DNA of 64,000 nucleotides, taken from positions 29,398 through 93,397 of the IMG/VR virus record IMGVR_UViG_3300021086_000003, one strand, 5' to 3'. Each line of letters begins with the position of its first letter. The stretch's first letter is position 1. The position numbers and the translations under genes are program-made. The DNA is from a virus. Of this stretch, positions 28,074-37,442 are shown piece by piece. The notes beneath the pieces are model-generated. The model had not been told where the DNA came from and searched no databases. It worked only from the letters and a program-made list of their open reading frames with translations.

Positions 28074-28365
28074 CAACCACGAGATCCCCGGTGCATGGGC
28101 CACACCCGGCCTGGCCAGCGACACGCGACATGCCCGCGCTCGGGTGACAGCAATGATCAACCGGTTCACGGAGGTGAGCGACCTGATGGTCTCCAAGGCG
28201 GACCTCCGGGCGCTCGTGGCACTGCCCGCGACCCGCCAGGAGATCTTGAACCAGGCATGGGACGTGATCTCAACCGTGCGCGACGCGGCACCTCGACTAC
28301 CCAATGACGCAGACACGGGGGCCATTGTGGACGCGCTGGACGCCGCTGGCCTGCTGGCATCATGA
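28063..28365 (+). CDS. Hypothetical protein
   Basis: 100 aa. Confidence 0.65.
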   Translation: MTTDNHEIPGAWATPGLASDTRHARARVTAMINRFTEVSDLMVSKADLRALVALPATRQEILNQAWDVISTVRDAAPRLPNDADTGAIVDALDAAGLLAS

Positions 28366-28793
28366 CCGACGCCCGCGCCCTGTCCATCCGCCGCCCCTGG
28401 GCTGAGCTCATCATCAACGGCGACAAGGACATCGAGAACCGCACCTGGTCCACCACCTACCGGGGACTGGTGTACGTCCACGCAGGCAAGGCGTTCGACT
28501 CGGATGGCGTCATCCTGGCGCACCTGCGTGGTGTCCGGTTCCGTTCGCCTCCCCGCAAGCAACCCACCGGCTACATCGGGACAGCCATCCTCATCGGTGT
28601 GCATCAGTCCACGGGGTGCTGCCCGGAGTGGGGCGAGCCGGGCACGCACGTCTACCACTGGGTGTTCACCGATCCGACCCGGTTCGAGGCGCCCATCCCG
28701 GGACCGGGCCAGCAGCGCCTGTACCGGCCGCCACAGGAAGTGGTGTACGCCCGCCACCAGGACAACGATCGAGAGGATGCGCGACATGCCTGA
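28362..28793 (+). CDS. ASCH-domain protein
   Basis: ALSIRRPWA.LI..G.K.IENRTW...YRG...VHAG. Confidence 0.9.
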   Translation: MTDARALSIRRPWAELIINGDKDIENRTWSTTYRGLVYVHAGKAFDSDGVILAHLRGVRFRSPPRKQPTGYIGTAILIGVHQSTGCCPEWGEPGTHVYHWVFTDPTRFEAPIPGPGQQRLYRPPQEVVYARHQDNDREDARHA

Positions 28794-29154
28794 CCGACCC
28801 TCACACGTCCAGGCCGAGATGGACGGGATGCGCACCGTCCCCGACACCGGCGCCGAACCGTGGGCGACACGCCTCAAGCCACCGCACCCGGTACACGTGG
28901 CCCGCGCGGCTGGTGCGCTGATCACCGTCACCAGGTCGCTGACACGGGCGTACGTGGTGGCCTACACGCTGGACGATGCGGGCCTGCTCGCCGGACCGGC
29001 ACCAGCCACCTTGGACCTCGCTGCCCTCGCCTCGGCCTGCCGGGCCTATATCGAGGCGTGGGATGACCGGATCGCGGACGCCACGATTCTCGGGTCACTC
29101 GCCCAACGGATATCTGGCCTGCTTAATGATCGAGAGGACACGCGGCATGGCTAA
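28786..29154 (+). CDS. Hypothetical protein
   Basis: RBS GAGG; 122 aa. Confidence 0.65.
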   Translation: MPDRPSHVQAEMDGMRTVPDTGAEPWATRLKPPHPVHVARAAGALITVTRSLTRAYVVAYTLDDAGLLAGPAPATLDLAALASACRAYIEAWDDRIADATILGSLAQRISGLLNDREDTRHG

Positions 29155-29518
29155 CGCCATCGATGAGAGCCGAGAACTCCGAATCCTCGATGCCGAGGCG
29201 TTCGACCCGGATGGGCCGATCTACACCTCGCCGCACATGGCGGCCCGACGTGCCAGCGCGCGGGACCAATTCAAACGTGCCCAGGCCGCGATCGACACGG
29301 TAGCCCGGTACATCGTGGCCCGTAGCTACGGTGGACCCGCCGCCATGGTGATCGAGATCGACTGGAGCGACTATCCGGAGATCGGCGAGCACGACTGGCA
29401 AGCCGTCCTGGATCGCGCTAACGAACTGGTCACCGACATGCGACCGGATGAGGAGACCTACCAGCAGGCGTACCGGTTGCTGGCCGACCAGGCAGACGAG
29501 GAGGTGGGGTACCGGTGA
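29147..29518 (+). CDS. Hypothetical acidic protein
   Basis: RBS GAGGA; 123 aa. Confidence 0.7.
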   Translation: MANAIDESRELRILDAEAFDPDGPIYTSPHMAARRASARDQFKRAQAAIDTVARYIVARSYGGPAAMVIEIDWSDYPEIGEHDWQAVLDRANELVTDMRPDEETYQQAYRLLADQADEEVGYR

Positions 29519-30219
29519 AGGACGGGGATCGTGTGAGCGACGCCGATTTCCACGCAGCGACAGCCCTCGCGCTGGGACAGGTATTGGGCGAGATCGCCAC
29601 CCTGGTCGGCCTCAACCCGGACGACGGCGAGTTGTACCCGATTATCGACCGGGTGCGACGACTCGGTGCTGAACGGCAACAGTGGACCCGCGAGGAGTTC
29701 CGGCTCGCAGAGCGTGACGGCTGGTCGGCGTTCGGGTCGCACGCCGACGATGGTGGTGCAGAGCTGGAGTTCGACGGCAAGGACACGGCGGGGATGCCGT
29801 TATGGGAGCGCCCGAAGAGCCGTCGCGGCGACAGCCCAGAATCCGCTCGCTATGCAGTGGTGCTACCCGAACACGCCTACGGCCACATCGCCAGCGCGCT
29901 CGCAGATAGCCCGCATCTGTCCGAGGTGGAAGTTCTGGCCGCACTGGGTGTGATTACGAAACTTCTTGACTCCTGGTGCCCTGTCGAAGTGGCAGCCGCA
30001 CCAGATGACGATGCCAGCCTGTGCGAGAAGTGCCGCTACCGCGACGTGCACGACCCCGACCGCCCGCGCTCCATCTTCGGGCACTTCTGCCTGGACTGCG
30101 TCGAAAAGTGCCACGACATGAGCGACGAGAGTGGCGACCACATGTGCGTCATCGATCGCTGGCACCCGTGTGCCACTGGGGTGACCGAGACCGGGCGCAC
30201 CGACGTGGTCGGCGAGTGA
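29515..30219 (+). CDS. Hypothetical protein with C-terminal Cys cluster
   Basis: 234 aa; CEKC, CLDC. Confidence 0.7.
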   Translation: MKDGDRVSDADFHAATALALGQVLGEIATLVGLNPDDGELYPIIDRVRRLGAERQQWTREEFRLAERDGWSAFGSHADDGGAELEFDGKDTAGMPLWERPKSRRGDSPESARYAVVLPEHAYGHIASALADSPHLSEVEVLAALGVITKLLDSWCPVEVAAAPDDDASLCEKCRYRDVHDPDRPRSIFGHFCLDCVEKCHDMSDESGDHMCVIDRWHPCATGVTETGRTDVVGE

Positions 30220-30320
30220 GTGCTCTTCGGTGGCAGGTCAAGACACCGTGTCCATCTGTCAGGCCCGGCGACACGTGCCATGCGAACGCGAAGCACCACA
30301 CGAACTGCCGCACTGGGTGA
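30216..30320 (+). CDS. Very small Cys/His peptide
   Basis: 34 aa in a GTGA overlap chain. Confidence 0.4.
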   Translation: MSALRWQVKTPCPSVRPGDTCHANAKHHTNCRTG

Positions 30321-30406
30321 CCGTCTGGGCGGACATGGTCGGCGAGGATGGAGCGGTGGAGTGGCATCCCGCATACCCCGAAACGTGGGTGGATGCCCCC
30401 CCGTAG
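30317..30406 (+). CDS. Very small peptide
   Basis: 29 aa (VTVWADMVGEDG...) in a GTGA overlap chain. Confidence 0.4.
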   Translation: MTVWADMVGEDGAVEWHPAYPETWVDAPP

Positions 30407-30428
30407 CAGACAAGGAGCCCATTCGCTC

Positions 30429-30683
30429 GTGACCGACATCCCCAACACCACCCGCGAGGTCACCGAGGACGGCATCGTGTACCGCCAAACCATCGGTGAC
30501 ACCGCCGCGGAACTCACCCTCTACCGACCCGATGACGCGGGGTTCGCGGTCATCACTGCGGAACTGGACCAGCCCGCCGGCACCAGCACCATCCACATCG
30601 AGCTGGGCCCCGAACTGTGGCGGTGGCTCGCCGATGACGCCGTTGACCTGGCTGACGGCTTGGAACGCGCACCCCGTACCTGA
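30429..30683 (+). CDS. Hypothetical protein
   Basis: RBS AAGGAG; 84 aa. Confidence 0.7.
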   Translation: MTDIPNTTREVTEDGIVYRQTIGDTAAELTLYRPDDAGFAVITAELDQPAGTSTIHIELGPELWRWLADDAVDLADGLERAPRT

Positions 30684-30701
30684 GAACGACGGCGGGTCCT
30701 G

Positions 30702-30950
30702 TTGATACCAGGACCCGCCGTCACTGTTCACCGACGTCGACCCATCCAGATCAGAGAGCAGAAGACGCACCGCCAGGATGATGCTGGGGGGGGCCGACAG
30801 CAAGACCGTGGAACGGATTGGAGACAGGATGGGACGCCGCTACTCGGTAGGGTGCCGGATAACTGCTGGTCGCACCCGAGCCGGTCGATAACTGCCGGGC
30901 TGTGGCCAACCCACGAGATTTGCCAACAGGAAGGGGGCGCCGCGCCATGA
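30702..30950 (+). CDS. Hypothetical protein
   Basis: 82 aa; weak codon bias. Confidence 0.35.
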   Translation: MIPGPAVTVHRRRPIQIREQKTHRQDDAGGGRQQDRGTDWRQDGTPLLGRVPDNCWSHPSRSITAGLWPTHEICQQEGGAAP

Positions 30951-31444
30951 TGGTTCTGCCGGCATCGGCACAGCGGTGGATGGTGCACCACCCGGTGCTG
31001 CCCGTGATGGTGTTGGTCGCGGCGACGATCGCCACCGCGCAGGTGGGCGGCCCGATGCTGGTGTCGCTGGCGTGGGTGCCCGCGTTGTTCGCGGCCGGCA
31101 TCTACATGGGCATCGAGCACAGCGCGCTCCGCCGGCACGACCCCGAAACGTGCATCCGGTGTGACGAGTCGGTAGCTGGCCGGCACGCCGCTGTGTTGCG
31201 CCTCTGGCACCGACTCACCAAGCCCGTACTGGTCGCAGGGCTCCTGATCGCGTTCATCCTGGTGGCTGCTACGTCGGCTGGCATGGCCTACGGTTGGCGG
31301 CTCACGGGCTTGATCCTGCCCCGGCGGTGTGGGACTGGGCACCATCCGGGTCCAGGTAGTCGGCGCGGTCCCGCAGCTTCGCCGTGGTGCCCGTGGTGCA
31401 GGACCCCAACCCGGCACGCGGCCACCCGGCAGTCGGTGCGTTGA
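30947..31444 (+). CDS. Membrane protein with CxxC motifs
   Basis: Hydrophobic helices, CIRC and PWCPWC; 3' part may carry indels. Confidence 0.6.
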   Translation: MMVLPASAQRWMVHHPVLPVMVLVAATIATAQVGGPMLVSLAWVPALFAAGIYMGIEHSALRRHDPETCIRCDESVAGRHAAVLRLWHRLTKPVLVAGLLIAFILVAATSAGMAYGWRLTGLILPRRCGTGHHPGPGSRRGPAASPWCPWCRTPTRHAATRQSVR

Positions 31445-31476
31445 CAGATCTTGACGGAAGTTGACGGCCGCTGGCG

Positions 31477-31809
31477 ATGACCGCAACGTGGCCCCGGGAG
31501 GGCCGGTGTGGAGCGTGTGGCCGGCCAGCGCGCGGGTTCCCGTCCGGACGGTGGGAGCACCTCGGGCGGCCGTGCCGGGCCCGGTACACCACGATGTGGA
31601 CGGTGGACTCTGTCTCGATCGCGCGGGCGTGCCGGTTCGTGCTGGCGGGGGAGCAGCTGCCGGTCGAGCCGGATCGGCCGCACTGGCACGCCATCCGCCA
31701 TGACGAGCGGGGCGTTCCGACGGCGTTGGGGTGGTGCCAGGAGGACCACATGCCGTCGGTGCGGGAGTGGCTGGCCGCCGAAGCCGATCGCGATATCCAA
31801 CTCCCGTAG
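31477..31809 (+). CDS. Hypothetical protein
   Basis: 110 aa; CGAC. Confidence 0.65.
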   Translation: MTATWPREGRCGACGRPARGFPSGRWEHLGRPCRARYTTMWTVDSVSIARACRFVLAGEQLPVEPDRPHWHAIRHDERGVPTALGWCQEDHMPSVREWLAAEADRDIQLP

Positions 31810-31842
31810 ACGGTTGCTTTACGGGAGTTGGGCGGGTAGTCT
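31798..31842 (+). promoter_or_regulatory. Palindromic promoter copy 1
   Basis: CAACTCCCGTAGA-CGGTTGC-TTTACGGGAGTTG; TTGCTT-N17-TAGTCT. Confidence 0.75.
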
Positions 31843-31888
31843 GGTGGTACACCACGAAGACCCGACCCTGGCAAGGAGTCCGCTGCAA

Positions 31889-32323
31889 ATGACGAACCTC
31901 ACTGACGCCATCCAGAGAATCACCGTCACCTACGACATCGAACCGGGCGCGACCGCCGACCCAGCCCTGATCATCCAAGAACTCGCGATTAATGGTATCG
32001 ACCACCAGGAAGTCGAACTCTGGGCATCCAGCGGCCTGAAAATCGACCGGGAACTCGCCGATGCCTACCATCGGGTGCTCGACGCCACCAACAACGAAAT
32101 CACCATGGCACTCAACACTCCAGTCACCTTCACCTTCGAGATCCCCCAGAACGACCTGGCCCCCTGGAACCCCCGCTACGGCATCACCAACGTCGACGAG
32201 GAATGCACGTTCCTTCGCGTCCAGTACCAGTTGGATGTCACCACCCGGGAACTTCCGAACACGGTCGAGTTCACCGTCACCGGCACCATCGGTGCGGTCG
32301 CTGAAGTTGAGCGGCAGTACTGA
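31889..32323 (+). CDS. Hypothetical acidic protein
   Basis: RBS AAGGAG; 144 aa. Confidence 0.75.
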   Translation: MTNLTDAIQRITVTYDIEPGATADPALIIQELAINGIDHQEVELWASSGLKIDRELADAYHRVLDATNNEITMALNTPVTFTFEIPQNDLAPWNPRYGITNVDEECTFLRVQYQLDVTTRELPNTVEFTVTGTIGAVAEVERQY

Positions 32324-32325
32324 CC

Positions 32326-32787
32326 ATGACCGCGCCGATGACCTTCCTGGACAGGACCAGAACCACCCGGCACCGAAGCCTCCGCACCGGTCAACTCCAG
32401 ATCTGGGGCGCCGTGTCTGCCGACCACTGCTGGGTCTACAGCCGCGAAGAGATGCCCACAACCCCGTGGATCGTGACCAAGCGCGGCGAGTGGGGTGAGC
32501 AGTGGTTCGGCACCCTCACCGCCGCCCGTCGCTGGACGGCCGGATTCGACGCCCTGGCCGACGCCGCGACACGGCCTGCGGACATCGCCACCGCCAGCGT
32601 GTACGCCGAGCGGTACCGCACGACCACCGAACGCTGGTATGTCTTCCCCGGCCAATGCCAGGCCGACCACGTGTGGCACTCCCGCAGACCGGGCCACCTG
32701 GAACTGAGCGTGCACATGGTGAACTACGTGACCCTGTCCGGGTTGCTGACCGAACTGCCACCGGTAGACCTACGAAAGGCTGGCTGA
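32326..32787 (+). CDS. Hypothetical protein
   Basis: 153 aa. Confidence 0.7.
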   Translation: MTAPMTFLDRTRTTRHRSLRTGQLQIWGAVSADHCWVYSREEMPTTPWIVTKRGEWGEQWFGTLTAARRWTAGFDALADAATRPADIATASVYAERYRTTTERWYVFPGQCQADHVWHSRRPGHLELSVHMVNYVTLSGLLTELPPVDLRKAG

Positions 32788-32792
32788 TCTTT

Positions 32793-33026
32793 GTGCCCAC
32801 CTACAACGTCCACCTCATCGAAACCGTCAGCACGACGGTAACTGTCGACGCGGACAGTCCCGAAGCTGCAATCGACCTCGCCTACGAGTCGAACGACATG
32901 CCCGGCTCGATGGGGTACGGCGCGTTCGGGTCGGCCAGTGTTGACGAGGCTGGCGAATGGGAGGCCGCCGCCGTCACCAACGAGAACGGCGACGAGGTTT
33001 GGGTGGCGAAAAATGACACCCCCTGA
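32793..33026 (+). CDS. Small acidic protein
   Basis: V.V.A.S.E.A..L pattern. Confidence 0.65.
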   Translation: MPTYNVHLIETVSTTVTVDADSPEAAIDLAYESNDMPGSMGYGAFGSASVDEAGEWEAAAVTNENGDEVWVAKNDTP

Positions 33027-33201
33027 CCTCACTGGCGCCCGCGTGTTTGTCGAACGAGGACGCACCAACAGCGCACGCTGGTACCTCCTGCCCGACAACC
33101 GGGTGTTCCACTCGCGGGCCACCGGGCACCTCGAACCGAGCGTCCACACCGCGGCCGACATCGTCGGATCGCTGTCGCTGGTGGAATTGCCCGCCACCTA
33201 A
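33013..33201 (+). CDS. Small hypothetical protein
   Basis: 62 aa. Confidence 0.55.
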   Translation: MTPPDLTGARVFVERGRTNSARWYLLPDNRVFHSRATGHLEPSVHTAADIVGSLSLVELPAT

Positions 33202-33354
33202 AACCGGTGCAGCCCCAACATCCACCCGGCGAGGCGGGCACGCCAGTCCACACCCACCTCGCCGGGCGTGCGACAACACAGACACGGCTCGTTGTCGAGT
33301 CGGTCCCGGCCGTACACGCGCTGGGCGAGACCCAGCCACCAACCCGCGACCCGG

Positions 33355-33696
33355 TTACGCACGCGAACTCCACGGCCACTGACGCGTCCGGTTGACATGC
33401 GTCGTGAACTGGTCCGCAAACCCGAGCAGGCCGAGATTAGCCAGGTCCGCAACCTGCTCGGGTGCCACCATCGCAACCCACTCCTTCCGGGCATCCATGG
33501 AGACCTCAGTGCAGGCCATGCAGATCGGTGTCACACCACCACTGTCGACCGGGTCGACCATGGCGTGGCTGACCCACAGGTCGGTGACTGTCCCGTGCTG
33601 TTCGAGGCACGGGATGCAGCGGCGCACCACGCTCGGTAGCGGCGGGATGATGTTCGCCGTCAGGCAGGTCAGGTATGCCCGGTTGTCGCTGGCCAC
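33355..33696 (-). CDS. Cys-pair hypothetical protein (leaderless)
   Basis: CIPC and CMAC; -10 TACGCT ends 7 nt before GTG. Confidence 0.65.
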   Translation of the reverse strand: MASDNRAYLTCLTANIIPPLPSVVRRCIPCLEQHGTVTDLWVSHAMVDPVDSGGVTPICMACTEVSMDARKEWVAMVAPEQVADLANLGLLGFADQFTTHVNRTRQWPWSSRA

Positions 33697-33797
33697 GGGT
33701 CGTAGCGTAGATGATCGGGTCAGGCCGCCATGCTCGCAACGGGACCGGGCACCGGGTGAGTATCAGGTGCCGCTGCCACCTGATACTCACGCCACCC

Positions 33798-33842
33798 TAA
33801 CTCCCGTAGGCGTTGCTTTTACGGGAGTTGAGGCGGTAGACT
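33798..33842 (+). promoter_or_regulatory. Palindromic promoter copy 2
   Basis: TAACTCCCGTAGG-CGTTGCT-TTTACGGGAGTTG; TTGCTT-N18-TAGACT. Confidence 0.75.
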
Positions 33843-33848
33843 ACCGGC

Positions 33849-34025
33849 ATGACCACCACCACGATCGCCTACACCCGCCGGACCGAGTCGGGCGAGACCG
33901 AGCAGGGCGTTGCCCAGGTCCAGCACGATGCCGGCCGGTCCCAGCCGTCCTGGGCGGACTGCCGCCGCGCCATTCCTGGCTTTATCACCGGCCGCCGCCT
34001 GGAGAACCACCAGGCTGGTGCGTGA
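33849..34025 (+). CDS. Small leaderless protein (not in ORF track)
   Basis: MTTTTIAYTRRTESG..., 58 aa; TGATG-coupled to next gene. Confidence 0.65.
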   Translation: MTTTTIAYTRRTESGETEQGVAQVQHDAGRSQPSWADCRRAIPGFITGRRLENHQAGA

Positions 34026-34354
34026 TGGACTCCGCCGCCGCGTTCGCTGACGCCGTCCATGCCGTGCTTGACACCGTCAACTTCGGCATTGCCTCTGCTG
34101 CGAAGCGTGGCCGCACCCCCAAGTTCCCGTACGTGCCGGTCATCGTCTACAGCTCGCAGGCCACCGGTGCGTTTCGCGCACGCACGACGCAGATCAAAGG
34201 CGTTGCGTACGTTACGGGCGACGAAGCCAAGGACTGTGCCCAGCGAATGATCGACAAGCATCGAGTTCAGTACGAGGCCAATCTGATGAGGCCAGGTTCT
34301 CGCGCATTGCGCGAGTCTCACGGGCTGCCCCGCGAACTGCCGCCGGCACCGTGA
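34025..34354 (+). CDS. Hypothetical basic protein
   Basis: 109 aa; KFPYVP. Confidence 0.7.
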   Translation: MDSAAAFADAVHAVLDTVNFGIASAAKRGRTPKFPYVPVIVYSSQATGAFRARTTQIKGVAYVTGDEAKDCAQRMIDKHRVQYEANLMRPGSRALRESHGLPRELPPAP

Positions 34355-34387
34355 TGGCTGGCTTCGTGCACCGGCGAATACAGGAAG

Positions 34388-34627
34388 GTGGCCAGCACCA
34401 TGGCGACTGAAGACTTGGGCGCCCCAGAGGTAGTCGTCTGGGAGATCACCTCGGCCGGCGAGTTCGGCGGCCACGAATTTGAGTATGAGCAGGTTTCTGA
34501 CCTGTTCAAGTGCACGCGTCCCGGTTGTGGCCAGTACGAGATCATCGCTCGGCAGAAGGCCAAAAAGCAGGGTATCGGCGAGATCACGCGATGCCAGGGA
34601 ACCTCACCAGAGGAGGCTGGCCAGTGA
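34388..34627 (+). CDS. Small Zn-ribbon-like protein
   Basis: FKCTRPGC; start may be ATG 34400. Confidence 0.6.
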   Translation: MASTMATEDLGAPEVVVWEITSAGEFGGHEFEYEQVSDLFKCTRPGCGQYEIIARQKAKKQGIGEITRCQGTSPEEAGQ

Positions 34628-34791
34628 AGTTCGTGGTACTGCGATTCGAGAACGACGCCGACGCGGACCTCCTCGTCGAAGACATGACCGAATGGCCCAA
34701 CGACGACATCCTGACCCCCTGCCAGGAGAACTTCGTGCACGCCACTCTCGTCGGCGTCTACTCCGAACTACCGGGCGGGGTGCCGCAGTGA
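34624..34791 (+). CDS. Small acidic protein
   Basis: 55 aa, GTGA chain. Confidence 0.6.
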   Translation: MKFVVLRFENDADADLLVEDMTEWPNDDILTPCQENFVHATLVGVYSELPGGVPQ

Positions 34792-35219
34792 AGACCGTGC
34801 CGGCACCGCTCAGCCGGGCCAACCTGCGGCGGCTCATTAACGCGTGCGACACGGAAACCCTGGCCGGGACGCGAGACCGGTACATCCTCGCGTTGGGGTG
34901 GGCGCTGGCAGTTCCCCGGTCGTGGCTGGCTGTCGTACAGATCGAGGATGCCCACGACGGCTGGTTCAAGGGCTATGCCGGCGGTTTGGGGGAGTGGCAC
35001 CGGGACTGGCTCACTGCCCTCGCGTTGGCTGCCGGCAAGCCGGTGCTGTCTGGCCCACTGTTGTGGTCGATCACCCGTTACGACCAGTTGAGCCACCCTG
35101 GTATGTCCGGCGATGCGATCAACGATGTGGTGCAGCGAGCGGTGCACCGGGCCAAGCTGGGGGAGCCGTGGCGGTACTCGGCGCATTCACTGCGCCTCGG
35201 CGGGAGGGCTGGGGTATGA
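34788..35219 (+). CDS. Truncated tyrosine-recombinase catalytic-domain protein without catalytic Tyr
   Basis: Aligns by eye to 40010-41059 (LAG.RDR..L..GWALA, DA.ND.VQR, SAHSLR) and stops 7 aa after HSLR. Confidence 0.8.
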   Translation: MKTVPAPLSRANLRRLINACDTETLAGTRDRYILALGWALAVPRSWLAVVQIEDAHDGWFKGYAGGLGEWHRDWLTALALAAGKPVLSGPLLWSITRYDQLSHPGMSGDAINDVVQRAVHRAKLGEPWRYSAHSLRLGGRAGV

Positions 35220-35461
35220 GCAACAGCAGGGGTGACTGCCCGGACACCTACGACGGCACGGGCTACGAACGAGCTGACGTCGAGGAATCGCGCCAGTGGG
35301 AACTGGAAAACAACGCGACCGAATACTGTCCGGAACATCCGGACGTGCCGGACAGGGAGTGCGAGATCTGCAACTGCCGGAACTGTGGCGACCCGATCGA
35401 CCCGGCTGCCTGCGCGTTGGGCAGCAACGTGTGCTCAAGCTGTAGGAGGGCGGGGGTGTGA
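35216..35461 (+). CDS. Cys-rich small protein
   Basis: CEIC, CRNC, CSSC. Confidence 0.65.
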   Translation: MSNSRGDCPDTYDGTGYERADVEESRQWELENNATEYCPEHPDVPDRECEICNCRNCGDPIDPAACALGSNVCSSCRRAGV

Positions 35462-35817
35462 TTGCCGACCTCGCGACGGAACTAGCCGCCGTACGCGCCA
35501 TGCTGGAAGACCACGAACGACGCCTCTACCCCATCGCAGCCAGCGAACTCCCCCCGCCGTCCCGCAGGGTCACCGACACCGGGTCACGCGGCATGGATGG
35601 CCCCCGATGGGCAGTCGGCAAGGACTGGGAAGTGGTGGCGCTGGACGACACCGAATTCCAGGACTGCGTGTACCTCAGTCGGGATGTGCCACTGGCGAGG
35701 GACATCGAATCGCTTACATTGGAGGACGCGCGCCGGATGGCCGCTGCGTTGTTGGCCGCGATCAGCTACTGCACCGACGACCTCGCACAACGACGCAACG
35801 GGAAGGCGCGGGTATGA
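35458..35817 (+). CDS. Hypothetical protein
   Basis: 119 aa. Confidence 0.7.
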   Translation: MIADLATELAAVRAMLEDHERRLYPIAASELPPPSRRVTDTGSRGMDGPRWAVGKDWEVVALDDTEFQDCVYLSRDVPLARDIESLTLEDARRMAAALLAAISYCTDDLAQRRNGKARV

Positions 35818-36617
35818 ACTGGATGCTCCCCGTCAGCCGACCCGATAGGTGGCTCCCAGCCAACACCGCAACCATGCAGTACCCGCCGGAACCGGGTCGG
35901 CTGATTGCCTACGACCACGCCGTGTGGCGTGTGATCGAGGTCAACCCGGTACCCGCAGACCTGTGGACCGAACGCGACCACCAAGCGGTACGCGCCCTGA
36001 AACCGGCCTACCGGAACGTGGCGGAACCCGCCGTTGTCGTCATCCGCCCAATCTGGATCACCAGAGACGACATCAAGGCACGTAACCACGACAAGCACCT
36101 GCGGCACTACTGCTACAAGACCTGGCATGTGTACCAGGATGAGCACTACCAGGTGTGCGCCGTGTGCGGGGAGCCGCCACCGTGCCGTGAGCGGATGGGG
36201 CAGCGCATCGCCACTCGCGAACTGGATCGGATGACCCGGTTCGAAACCCCCGGCGTGTGCCCGGCCTGCGAGGAACCCGTCACCGCCCGGCAGAAGTCGT
36301 TGACGTTCGCTGACAACATGGAAATCCCCGCTGGCCCGCCGGTGACGTTCCACCTCCGCGGCAAGTGCTGGACAGCGGCGGCACAGTACGAACAGCAGTG
36401 GATCCAGGCCGACCCTACCCAGCGCCGCGCCACCCTGTCCTGCGCTGGTCACATCACGAACCACAACGACGGCACCTACGAGTGCACCGAACTCGCGAAC
36501 TGTGCAGGTCCGGCAGCGATCCATCCGTCATACGCCAGTTGTGACTGTTCGAGCTGCAACACCCAGGGCCGGTTTAACTGCAAGCCGAGTCCGACCGCGC
36601 GCCGGGCAGGTGGATGA
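35814..36617 (+). CDS. Cys/His-rich hypothetical protein
   Basis: 267 aa; CAVCGE..PC, CPAC, CAGH. Confidence 0.75.
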   Translation: MNWMLPVSRPDRWLPANTATMQYPPEPGRLIAYDHAVWRVIEVNPVPADLWTERDHQAVRALKPAYRNVAEPAVVVIRPIWITRDDIKARNHDKHLRHYCYKTWHVYQDEHYQVCAVCGEPPPCRERMGQRIATRELDRMTRFETPGVCPACEEPVTARQKSLTFADNMEIPAGPPVTFHLRGKCWTAAAQYEQQWIQADPTQRRATLSCAGHITNHNDGTYECTELANCAGPAAIHPSYASCDCSSCNTQGRFNCKPSPTARRAGG

Positions 36618-36778
36618 CGCTGATGTTCTCCACCCCGTCACCCGCCGGTCTGCGCGTTGGTTCTGCCCTCGTGGCGGACTGCGTTCTCTGTGGTGGCTCA
36701 GCAGAGGATGTGGGGTTTGGCCGCTACGAGTGCGTTGAGTGCCAACACGAATTCGTGCCTGCACGGGAGAAGCCGTAA
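36614..36778 (+). CDS. Small Zn-ribbon protein (not in ORF track)
   Basis: CVLCGG...YECVECQHEF, 54 aa; ATGA and TAATG overlaps. Confidence 0.65.
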   Translation: MTLMFSTPSPAGLRVGSALVADCVLCGGSAEDVGFGRYECVECQHEFVPAREKP

Positions 36779-37221
36779 TGATGTTCGGCCTGGTGATCGC
36801 ACTGGACGTGGATGGTGTCCTCGCACCCTGGCTCTACCCAGACCACGGCCGGATGCTGCTCGAACTCGCCCGTGACCTCAACGCACAACTCGTGTGGGCT
36901 ACCGGGCACGGCCAGCAAGCGAACCGGTGGGTCGGCCCGGCGATTGGCCTACCGGACCTCCCGGTGGTGGACATGACCGGCGTGGAACCGAACCGGGTCG
37001 TAGCGCATTGGAAGGCGGGTCGCATCGCTACTTACGCTGACGAGCGGCCATTGGCGTGGCTGGACGACGAGTTCCAAGCCGCCGACTACGCGTGGGCGGA
37101 ACTCCGGTCCGCGTACGGTGCCCCGACCTTGCTGGTGCCGGTCGATGAGCGAACTGGGCTGGACAGTAGCCACCTCGCGGCCATCCGGGCATGGGCTGGC
37201 TCGGGAAGAACCGAGCCGTGA
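36778..37221 (+). CDS. HAD-superfamily phosphatase
   Basis: ALDVDGVL, VWAT, WLDD. Confidence 0.85.
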   Translation: MMFGLVIALDVDGVLAPWLYPDHGRMLLELARDLNAQLVWATGHGQQANRWVGPAIGLPDLPVVDMTGVEPNRVVAHWKAGRIATYADERPLAWLDDEFQAADYAWAELRSAYGAPTLLVPVDERTGLDSSHLAAIRAWAGSGRTEP

Positions 37222-37442
37222 TGGACGATCAAGGGGTCGCCGCTGCATACCTTGAGGCGCTGCGTCAGGTAGGCGAGTTCAAGACGATCACGGTCAGGCC
37301 CCCAGCCCCGGTCCACAAGGGCGACCGAATCACCATCAACCTGACGAACGGGCGCACCTACACCGGCACAGTCACGTCGTGCGTGCAAATCGACGGCCTG
37401 ACCTACGACCTGACGGCCGAATGGGATCGAGGCCAGTCATAG
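37218..37442 (+). CDS. Hypothetical protein
   Basis: 74 aa. Confidence 0.6.
   Translation: MMDDQGVAAAYLEALRQVGEFKTITVRPPAPVHKGDRITINLTNGRTYTGTVTSCVQIDGLTYDLTAEWDRGQS

Noticed and set aside
31300-31444. Compensating frameshifts in the membrane gene
   Set aside because: Alternative frames look locally plausible but cannot be established without homologues
30728-32461. 577-aa minus-strand ORF, and similar long ORFs such as 24302-25765, 20771-21583 and 11346-12365
   Set aside because: Antisense shadows of real genes in GC-rich DNA; low-complexity Arg/Pro/Gly translations with no motifs
31798-33830. Exact 2000-bp spacing of palindrome copies 1 and 2
   Set aside because: Copy 3 does not follow the period; treated as coincidence
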